This document shows positions 9,101-16,278 of a stretch of DNA of 32,000 nucleotides, one piece after another (position 1 is the first letter of the stretch; each line of letters opens with the position of its first letter). The stretch spans positions 83,535 to 115,534 of the forward strand of contig JBDLRP010000029.1 in assembly GCA_039799905.1 (NCBI GenBank), written 5' to 3'. The position numbers and the translations under genes are program-made. The notes beneath the pieces are model-generated. The model saw nothing but the letters and a program-made list of their open reading frames with translations. It searched no databases and was not told where the DNA came from. This DNA is from Pseudomonadota bacterium. Its GTDB lineage: Bacteria; Bdellovibrionota_B; Oligoflexia; Silvanigrellales; Silvanigrellaceae.

Positions 9101-9979
9101 TCAGACTTCCTCAAAAAACAGGCTGAGAATGTAGGGTTGCCATAAGCAGACGATCAAGGCGGCGGCAGCTAAAAAAGGGCCAAAAGGCAGACTGGTCTGC
9201 AATCCCTCTTTCCTTGCAACACCGAGCCCGATACCGACAAGGCTGCCGAGTATGCTCGCCAGTCCAAGGACAATCAAGACTCCCTGCCAACCCACCACGG
9301 CGCCGATGAGGGCCATGTACTTAACGTCGCCAAAACCAAGTCCTTCGCGTCCACGCAAGACTTCATAGGTTTTTGCAATGAAAAAAAGCATTCCAAAGCC
9401 CAATAAAGAACCAAACAAAGCACCCTTCCAACCCAGAGCAACGTTCGCAGTTCCGAGTGCCAGTGCTGGAAGTGTCCCGCCGATGGTGATGACATCCGGC
9501 AAAATCCTCCAGCGCAGGTCTATTAGACTCAAGGGGATGGCGGTATAAAATAGAAACAGGCGGGTCAGCATAGAGATGATGGGCTGAAAGCGCATACTTC
9601 CCAATTGAGTTGCGTAGGGACCATCCGACCATATGGCTCCAATGAATTGCACCGGTGTGAGTGCAGAAAAGAACAGATAAACCGTTCCCACCGCAGTGAG
9701 AAGTTCAATCAGCGGATATTGCCAAGACACCGGCGCACCGCATGCCGCACAGCGCCGCCTGACAAGAAAAAAACCAACAATCGGGACAAGTCCGTGCACA
9801 GGTACAGGCGTCTTGCAGGCAACGCAGTGCGAAGGGGGCTGAACCACCGACAGACCAAGCGGCAGGCGGTAGGCAACCACATTCAAAAAACTGCCGATGC
9901 AGCCCCCCAGAAGAAAGAGAAACAGGGCAAACGCCGCGTTCAATGTTGATTCGTCCAGCAGCATGCTGCTTGCCCTCAT
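9101..9979 (-). CDS. pilD: Prepilin peptidase (A24 family)
   Basis: GGCIGSFLNVVAYRLP, two CxxC pairs (CVACK, CAACG), GFGDVKYMALIGAVVGWQG. The ORF extends to 10141, but the Met at 9979 begins the expected N-terminus and reduces overlap with smpB. Confidence 0.92.
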   Translation of the reverse strand: MRASSMLLDESTLNAAFALFLFLLGGCIGSFLNVVAYRLPLGLSVVQPPSHCVACKTPVPVHGLVPIVGFFLVRRRCAACGAPVSWQYPLIELLTAVGTVYLFFSALTPVQFIGAIWSDGPYATQLGSMRFQPIISMLTRLFLFYTAIPLSLIDLRWRILPDVITIGGTLPALALGTANVALGWKGALFGSLLGFGMLFFIAKTYEVLRGREGLGFGDVKYMALIGAVVGWQGVLIVLGLASILGSLVGIGLGVARKEGLQTSLPFGPFLAAAALIVCLWQPYILSLFFEEV

Positions 9980-10046
9980 GTATGAAAAAACATATCCATT
10001 TAGGAGAGCTTGAGTGTGCCACAAGCTGCTGGGCAGGGCCAATACG

Positions 10047-10490
10047 ATGAAATCGATTTCAAAAAACAGACGCGCGTTCCACGAATACGCAATCGAGGAT
10101 AAATATGAAGCGGGAATTGCGCTGCGTGGCTCGGAGGTCAAGATACTCCGCGAAGCTTCACCCAGTCTCGCAGAGAGTTATGCGATGATTCGTGAAGGAC
10201 AGGCATGGCTCATGAACCTCACCATTCCGACGCTCAAGCAGGCATCCTATCTCAACCACGCCGAGCGTCGTGATCGCCGCTTGCTGCTCAAGCGAAGTGA
10301 AATCAAAAAACTCGACGAAGCAACTCGACAAAAGGGATACACGCTGATTCCACTCGAGCTTTATTTCAACGATGACAACCGAGTAAAAATTGAACTTGCA
10401 CTGGCAAAAGGCAAGGCTGGCCACGACAAGCGTCAGTCGCAGAAAGAAAAAGACGCCAAGCGGGAAATGGATCGGGCCATCCGCCGCTGA
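10047..10490 (+). CDS. smpB: SsrA-binding protein
   Basis: NRRAFHEYAIEDKYEAGIALRGSEVKILREASPSLAESYAMI...IPLELYFNDDNRVKIELALAKGKAGHDKR...KREMDRAIRR. The Met at 10047 aligns with the canonical start. Confidence 0.96.
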   Translation: MKSISKNRRAFHEYAIEDKYEAGIALRGSEVKILREASPSLAESYAMIREGQAWLMNLTIPTLKQASYLNHAERRDRRLLLKRSEIKKLDEATRQKGYTLIPLELYFNDDNRVKIELALAKGKAGHDKRQSQKEKDAKREMDRAIRR

Positions 10491-10695
10491 GTATCCGACG
10501 GTTCCCGGCTATCGGGAAATTCTTTCGGTTCATGTTCAAGAAAGTAAAAAGTAAGGCCCGCACCGTTACAGCTGTGTAAAATCTGTATGCAGGTAAAAAA
10601 AGAAAAAAAACTGTTTTCCCACATTAAATATCGTGGCACGTCATTTGCTACCCTTCCGCACTGAGGCTGTCTGTCTCGCACTTGCGGGGGTTACG

Positions 10696-11490
10696 ATGAA
10701 GAGTCTGAATTTGCTCCCGACCTTAATCACCGCTTCACTGCTGCTCGCCAGCTGTGGACAAAACACTGCAGATAAATCCGAAAGCTTCAGCAATTCGAAC
10801 ACCGACACTCCGTTCGTGCTGATTGGTGCAATGCCAACATTCTTGAAAAAAACTCCGGATGATTCATCGAAGCTCAACAGCGGAAGCGGAAAATGTGCGA
10901 TTTCCGCGGGCACGAAACTTTTACTGCAATCAGATCCGACGACTGATGGTGCACATCTGATCGTCAACACCGAGCAGGTGCTCGCGGGCTGCGGATTTAG
11001 CAAAGGATACATTTATCGTCCGCATGTCGAGCGGAGTTCCGTCAAGCTTCTTTTTTCACCGACTGTAAGTGCGTTTCTCGACACAATCGGCTACGCCGAA
11101 GGAACCGGAGATCGCTACGACTACATATACACTCACAAAGTTTTTTTCAGCTACAATGGTCATCCCCGTGACCTACAATGCTCTGCAGGGCTCTGCTCGG
11201 ATGCGGCAGGCCGCTATCAATTTTTGTCGACAACTTGGGATGGCATTCGCAAAAGACTTGGACTCAGCGATTTTTCACCGCCCAGTCAGGACCGAGCAGC
11301 GGTGCAACTCATGAAAGATGTAGGCTGCTACAAATTCGTTGAGAATATTAATGGACCGGAAACCTTTTCCCGAGCGGCCAGTTGTGTTTCGGGTCAGTGG
11401 GCGTCGTTCCCCAGTTCCCAATATGGACAGAAAAAATATTCTTCTTCTCATCTGTATGAAAAGTTCAGAAAATTCATGGAGCGCTACTGA
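10696..11490 (+). CDS. Lipoprotein with phage-lambda-R-like (GH104) muralytic domain
   Basis: Lipobox LLLASCGQ. C-terminal half: VSAFLDTIGYAEGTGDRYDYIYTHKVFFSYNGHPRDL...AAGRYQFLSTTWDGIRKRLGLSDFSPPSQDRAAVQLMKDVG...QWASFPSSQYGQ. This parallels lambda endolysin R (EGT, HPRKL, GAGRYQLLSRWWDAYRKQLGLKDFSPKSQD, IWASLPGAGYGQ). Confidence 0.9.
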   Translation: MKSLNLLPTLITASLLLASCGQNTADKSESFSNSNTDTPFVLIGAMPTFLKKTPDDSSKLNSGSGKCAISAGTKLLLQSDPTTDGAHLIVNTEQVLAGCGFSKGYIYRPHVERSSVKLLFSPTVSAFLDTIGYAEGTGDRYDYIYTHKVFFSYNGHPRDLQCSAGLCSDAAGRYQFLSTTWDGIRKRLGLSDFSPPSQDRAAVQLMKDVGCYKFVENINGPETFSRAASCVSGQWASFPSSQYGQKKYSSSHLYEKFRKFMERY

Positions 11491-11535
11491 GCCTTGTGAA
11501 CAACTCTCAACTCTTCAAATGATTCTTTCGGGCAT

Positions 11536-12516
11536 TTAATCGACGTGTGCCTGAAAGACGAACCCGGTTTGTCCGACTTTTGCAAATTCGCAGCCAGACA
11601 AAGGCTCGGCAAGTCGAACGCGAAAATGACCAGATTCGCCTCTCCCACCATTGAGAATAAAAACCTTCATCGCCTGACCGGTCACAAGTGAACATTTTTG
11701 TTGTGCAGAGAGCTCTGCAGATTGAGCCGTCGAGGTTTTAAACCAGCTGTCATGCCGCAATTTGATTGAAACCGCGCTGCCTTCAGGCGGAGGCTCCGAC
11801 CAAACAACGCCTTCAGAGCCCCTCGGAGTCTTTCCAACTTCAGGTTGTGGCTCTTCATCACCACGCGGCTGAATTCTACGAATGCGATACCAAATTTCAG
11901 CAATGCCGCGTGCATCATCGGTAGTCAGCGAATTTGCTGCATTGCGCAGATTGGCCTGCATCACGGCTCCGCTCACATTGCTGTGGTGAAGGCCGAAAGC
12001 GTGCCCCAGTTCATGAAGAACGGTTTTTCGTCCGCCGCTCGAATCGCGTTTGGGATTCGTGACACCGGCCATGTTCAGGTACAAACTCCCAGCTCCAATC
12101 AGATAAGCACCTAGAGTGGGGCTTGTTGTCTGCGAAATCTCGCGCTGAAATCGACCTTCGTCATAGTGGAGTATGACTCGCAGCTCACCTGCCGAAACAT
12201 CGCCTCCACACGTTCCAAGAAGAAAGCGAACTTCTGGATTCACCTGAATGACACGCATCCATTCAAGGATTGCGAATTTGACGACTGATGCAAACTGACC
12301 GGCGTCTTTTTCGTAACGAACGGAGTCGACCGAACCTTCAGACTCCATACAAATCAGCAAGGGACGCCCCTGATGGACCGCCACAAGAAGATTTGCGGCG
12401 GGCTGCGCCCACCAATCACCCGTTACAAAGGCCGGCTGGGAATCTGTGGAAGAGGTCGGCAATTTGCATCCACAGAGCTGCAGACTAAAAAGACTGAGCA
12501 ACACATTCCGCAGCAT
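11536..12516 (-). CDS. Metzincin-like zinc metalloprotease lipoprotein
   Basis: Signal/lipobox LFSLQLCGCKLP. Zinc motif TVLHELGHAFGLHHSNVSGAVMQ (HExxHxxGxxH plus a candidate Met-turn). The ORF reaches 12540; the Met at 12516 gives a clean signal peptide. Confidence 0.85.
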   Translation of the reverse strand: MLRNVLLSLFSLQLCGCKLPTSSTDSQPAFVTGDWWAQPAANLLVAVHQGRPLLICMESEGSVDSVRYEKDAGQFASVVKFAILEWMRVIQVNPEVRFLLGTCGGDVSAGELRVILHYDEGRFQREISQTTSPTLGAYLIGAGSLYLNMAGVTNPKRDSSGGRKTVLHELGHAFGLHHSNVSGAVMQANLRNAANSLTTDDARGIAEIWYRIRRIQPRGDEEPQPEVGKTPRGSEGVVWSEPPPEGSAVSIKLRHDSWFKTSTAQSAELSAQQKCSLVTGQAMKVFILNGGRGESGHFRVRLAEPLSGCEFAKVGQTGFVFQAHVD

Positions 12517-12540
12517 GAAAACCACCTCAACAGAACACAA

Positions 12541-13539
12541 CTACAAATCCACAACCCGGCTTTCTTGCGGCCTCAGCGGGGCGTACATCGGAGTATCGGT
12601 AGAACTGCCATCCGACTTAAATACCCGCAGCAGGTAGTTCACAGGTGGCAAGTAGCGGAGATCATAGCCACCATTTTTAACATCACCAATCGCTTCGGCC
12701 CGGTCGCATGAACTTGTGGTGTCAAACACATTCGCAACATTCACCGCTCCAGCAGGCAAATGACGCTGAAATTGCCCCACAGGCTCAAACTGCTTTACGT
12801 TCAACTTGTTGTGACGTCTTGATCCTCCCAAAATGTATGCGCAAATTCGTGTCACAGAAGGGTCGCCGACAGAGCCGTAAATACGCGCGGCAATTTTGCT
12901 TGGAACGACGTGAATCATCGGTTTCATCGCATAACGTCCGTCGGGTAGTTTAATCACAGAACGACGCAAATCGACGTGGATGATAATTTCGTTTTCGGAA
13001 TCCTCCTCAACGTCAAACTCCTCAATAATCGTGAATTCTTTTTGACCAAACGGACCGACGGGAAAATCTAGCCTGACGCGTTCGCCGGTCGACTTGCTCA
13101 CACCCTCAACCTCACTGTCCTGCGTCATAAAGAGTCTGAGACCTTCATAGGTACCTGCGGGAAGATTGGCTGCGAACGGCAAGACCTGGGTTTTTCCATC
13201 CGAGAGGGACAGCAGATCGACCTCTGTTTCTTTGTTCAAATCAAAATAGTAAAGCGACGAATCGGCGCAGGAACTGCGCGGATCTCTCAAACAGCGTCCT
13301 GTTCCCCCAGGGGCAAACGCAACAGCACGCACTGTCACATACAGGTTCGAAAAATCATCCACGGGTGCATCAGCCAGAGCCACCGTTACATTGCCCGGCT
13401 TGATAGGTTTTGTGGTTTGGGGATTGCCAGCCTGAACACGACAGCCGGATTCGCCCTGCATAAGAAACAACAGCAGCAAGAAAGTATATATTCTGCTGCG
13501 AAAGGCCGCGCCACTCTGAATTCCCAGCCGTTTTTTCAC
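12541..13539 (-). CDS. DUF4382-domain lipoprotein
   Basis: N-terminus FLLLLFLMQGESGCRV (lipobox-like). VTVALADAPVDDFSNLYVTVRAVAFAP...GTYEGLRLFM is DUF4382-like. Confidence 0.8.
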   Translation of the reverse strand: MKKRLGIQSGAAFRSRIYTFLLLLFLMQGESGCRVQAGNPQTTKPIKPGNVTVALADAPVDDFSNLYVTVRAVAFAPGGTGRCLRDPRSSCADSSLYYFDLNKETEVDLLSLSDGKTQVLPFAANLPAGTYEGLRLFMTQDSEVEGVSKSTGERVRLDFPVGPFGQKEFTIIEEFDVEEDSENEIIIHVDLRRSVIKLPDGRYAMKPMIHVVPSKIAARIYGSVGDPSVTRICAYILGGSRRHNKLNVKQFEPVGQFQRHLPAGAVNVANVFDTTSSCDRAEAIGDVKNGGYDLRYLPPVNYLLRVFKSDGSSTDTPMYAPLRPQESRVVDL

Positions 13540-14414
13540 TTCTTACCCCCCGCCGCCTTCGTTAACGGAAAGATCTGCATGGAAATCTGGACCACCCGGC
13601 TGCCATCCTGAGTTTCAGCGGGAGGATGATCTTGATAAATCCGTTGTGAGAAGTCTTGAATCTTCTCTTTAAGTCCATCAAATTGTTCTTGAGAAAGCGT
13701 AAGCACCAGAGAGTTAATGTCCCTCTCTTCGGCCGGGCAGTCGACGACCGCAGCACGTGCCAAATCCAAAAGCGTCTGATGATAGCGAACCATCGCCACT
13801 CCGGCGACCTCGGGACCTGTCGCCACGTCATTCTGCAGCGCAACGTAACGCTTCTGACTACCATCCAGTTTCGCATAACCAATCCTGCACAGCAGCTCCA
13901 GTCCACTGTTGATTTCGTCGAGAGTAATCTTCGGACGAATCCGTTCCTGAAACCACTGCGGATCATCTGTGCTACCAGCAAAGCTCATCAACTCGAGCAA
14001 GACGGCATGTGACCAGTGACTAAAAAACTCTAACTGCCACTTATCGAGCTCGTTGACGACAAGACTTCCCTTCAACGCAACCAGTTTGCGGAAAACCGAT
14101 TCACGAATGACCGGATCGCGTTCGTAGCTGTGCTCCACCAGCAATTCGAAATACTGACGCTCACGTCCGACGAGCCCCAGGCCGGCAATCATTCTTTTGC
14201 AAGTCTTTATAGTCAGCGGACGGCGGCCACGAATGAGGGCATTCATCAGGTTGTTGCGGCCGAGGCCTGCATCGAAGGCAAAATCGAAGTATGTGTATTC
14301 GGGCTCGGCATTTTTAAGACCAACGAACAGCGCCTCCAAATACACCCGGTAATCGAGGTACTCCGATGGACGGACGACTTCGTTGCAAATCTTTTTGATT
14401 TTTGCCTTGTCCAC
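13536..14414 (-). CDS. TIGR02147-family protein
   Basis: EYLDYRVYLEALFVGLKNAEPEYTYFDFAFDAGLGRNNLMNALIRGRRPLTIKTCKRMIAGLGLVGRERQYFELLVEHSY, the TIGR02147 pattern common in Bdellovibrionota/Fibrobacter-type genomes. Confidence 0.8.
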   Translation of the reverse strand: MDKAKIKKICNEVVRPSEYLDYRVYLEALFVGLKNAEPEYTYFDFAFDAGLGRNNLMNALIRGRRPLTIKTCKRMIAGLGLVGRERQYFELLVEHSYERDPVIRESVFRKLVALKGSLVVNELDKWQLEFFSHWSHAVLLELMSFAGSTDDPQWFQERIRPKITLDEINSGLELLCRIGYAKLDGSQKRYVALQNDVATGPEVAGVAMVRYHQTLLDLARAAVVDCPAEERDINSLVLTLSQEQFDGLKEKIQDFSQRIYQDHPPAETQDGSRVVQISMQIFPLTKAAGGKK

Positions 14415-14552
14415 GCCCCTCGTTTCCTCCTGATAATCATATCGACATTTTGTCCATCTGATTAAACAAAAAGCACAAGGAACTTAAAAGGATAAGCTTT
14501 TTGACATGAAACCGCATGAGCGTGAATTGTCCCAGGACAATTCATCTCCTGA

Positions 14553-16232
14553 CTACAGTGGCCGCGCCCCCATATATGCTCCGAGACCAGCGGAAATCAC
14601 CGAACGCTCCAATTCACTCATTCTCACCCTGACAAACTGCTCCTCAAGCATACGAGCAATTTTAACCTTGGATGCAATGTCAGATGGCTTTGCCGAGGCA
14701 TCGGCAATGGGACTCAGCAACGCTCTGAGTTCTGCCTGCAAATCGGGAGGAAGCGAACGTGCCATGGAGGGTTTGGTGTTCTTCATATGCGTTGCCGCAT
14801 TGCGTAAACCGTTCATCGCCAGCTTGAATTTCTCCCAAGCAGCGCCTCCCTTGGTGTTCAACTGCGTGATGATCTCTTTTTTTGTCAGTGCGTTTTTTGG
14901 CGCAATCTTCAATAGATTACGCCAGGCCTGCGGATTGAGAACATTGCCGACAATCGACTTGCTGGTGCTCAATGCGCGCGCGGTATGAAAAATACCCTTG
15001 CGTGCTACGTTGTAAACGTCTGCCGCAATCATCGTATAGTAGGCCGTCTGCATCGCAACTTTCAAAGGACTCATCGGCAAATCCTCGATCCAGCGACTCA
15101 GCGGAATGCTCACCGCCGTGAAGACACCGCCCGCCGCAACGGCAACTGCAAACGCACTTGAGGCCATGACTGTCGCCGCACTTCCGGCCGAGGTAATGCC
15201 CGCAGCAACAGCCGCCGAAGAGGATGCACCTGCCGTAAAATATCCGACTGTTCCTGCTGTTGCAGTCCACATGGAACCCATTGCTGCTCCAAGCGCAGGA
15301 AGCGACACGACACTGATGGCAATTGCAGCACCCACTCCGACCACAACCTTGCGCGCGCCGTCGACTTGCTGCTTCAACCAGACTTTTGAGAACTCCTCCA
15401 AGTCCAACGGACCCTTTTCCTCATCGGGAATTCCCAGCATTTGTTTTGCTATGCTCTGCTCATCGGAAGCTTCTTTACCTTCAAAAAACCGATCAGAAGG
15501 AAGAGGCGCCGGAAAGGCAACCTCATTAGCCCACGAATCCGGGCGATGGGTCACCATGACTGTGCGCGCGAGAGGCTTACGCCTGATGAAAATTGCAGAC
15601 AACTCCTGCCAGTTGCCTGTCACACGAATCGCCTGATAGAGCTTGCCGTCCGCTCCGCGGACAAAAACAAATTCAAACTGCCGGGTGTCGCCAAGGATAG
15701 TTGAACCCCAATTGGGGTCGGTTGTGAAACCTGAGCAGTCTTTTGGGTTGCTTGTACCCGTCCCATTTTGCCCCAGCAATGTATTCGGATCGCCCAAGGC
15801 AGGGGTAATCCTGCAACCAAAAAAACGCAGAGTGCTTGCGTCGTTCCCGCCTTCAGCAGCAATTTTCATCTCATTGAGCAGCGCGCCGACTTCCGAAGAC
15901 GGGAGAAACTCCTCGAACTGGCTTTTCTTTTGCCGCACCTGAACTTTGACCTTGCCGTTGCGCGCCCCCTCCAAATTTACCGCAAGCATATGCATCGCAG
16001 AACAGTCGGCCTTCAACTGATCTTCCGTATCAGGATCCAGCAGGCCAGCTTCATCTTCCGGTGAGCAGGCCTCACTGATTTTTTTCATCGTCTCGGGATC
16101 CAGGTTGTCGCGATCTTCAATACCATACGAACGGCTGTTCGACTTCTGCTTGATGCATCCCGACAGAGTGCCTGCAAGCACTGCAGACGTTGCAACACAA
16201 ATGAGAGCTCTTCTCCATATATGAAAGCTCAT
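14553..16232 (-). CDS. Large lipoprotein of unknown function with Gly/Ala-rich hydrophobic segment
   Basis: 559 aa with lipobox AGTLSGC. Aa ~296-378 is a long G/A/S/V-rich hydrophobic stretch. Starts 46 bp after the FliF/FliG-like gene on the same strand. Confidence 0.78.
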   Translation of the reverse strand: MSFHIWRRALICVATSAVLAGTLSGCIKQKSNSRSYGIEDRDNLDPETMKKISEACSPEDEAGLLDPDTEDQLKADCSAMHMLAVNLEGARNGKVKVQVRQKKSQFEEFLPSSEVGALLNEMKIAAEGGNDASTLRFFGCRITPALGDPNTLLGQNGTGTSNPKDCSGFTTDPNWGSTILGDTRQFEFVFVRGADGKLYQAIRVTGNWQELSAIFIRRKPLARTVMVTHRPDSWANEVAFPAPLPSDRFFEGKEASDEQSIAKQMLGIPDEEKGPLDLEEFSKVWLKQQVDGARKVVVGVGAAIAISVVSLPALGAAMGSMWTATAGTVGYFTAGASSSAAVAAGITSAGSAATVMASSAFAVAVAAGGVFTAVSIPLSRWIEDLPMSPLKVAMQTAYYTMIAADVYNVARKGIFHTARALSTSKSIVGNVLNPQAWRNLLKIAPKNALTKKEIITQLNTKGGAAWEKFKLAMNGLRNAATHMKNTKPSMARSLPPDLQAELRALLSPIADASAKPSDIASKVKIARMLEEQFVRVRMSELERSVISAGLGAYMGARPL

Positions 16233-16278
16233 CTTGCCTCCTCATTCTGCAGTCCCTGCAGAAAATCAGCCCATGCCC

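Noticed and set aside
10501-10521. Inverted repeat TTCCCG-gctat-CGGGAA after smpB as a terminator
   Set aside because: The stem is short and the following sequence (attctttcggttc) is only moderately T-rich, so there is not enough support to list it as a feature.
10696-11490. Prophage lysis cassette
   Set aside because: No holin, spanin or structural phage genes nearby. The protein has a bacterial lipoprotein signal.
14506-14988. 160-aa plus-strand ORF
   Set aside because: Lies antisense inside the coding-like 559-aa lipoprotein gene and has shadow-ORF composition with no domain or RBS support.
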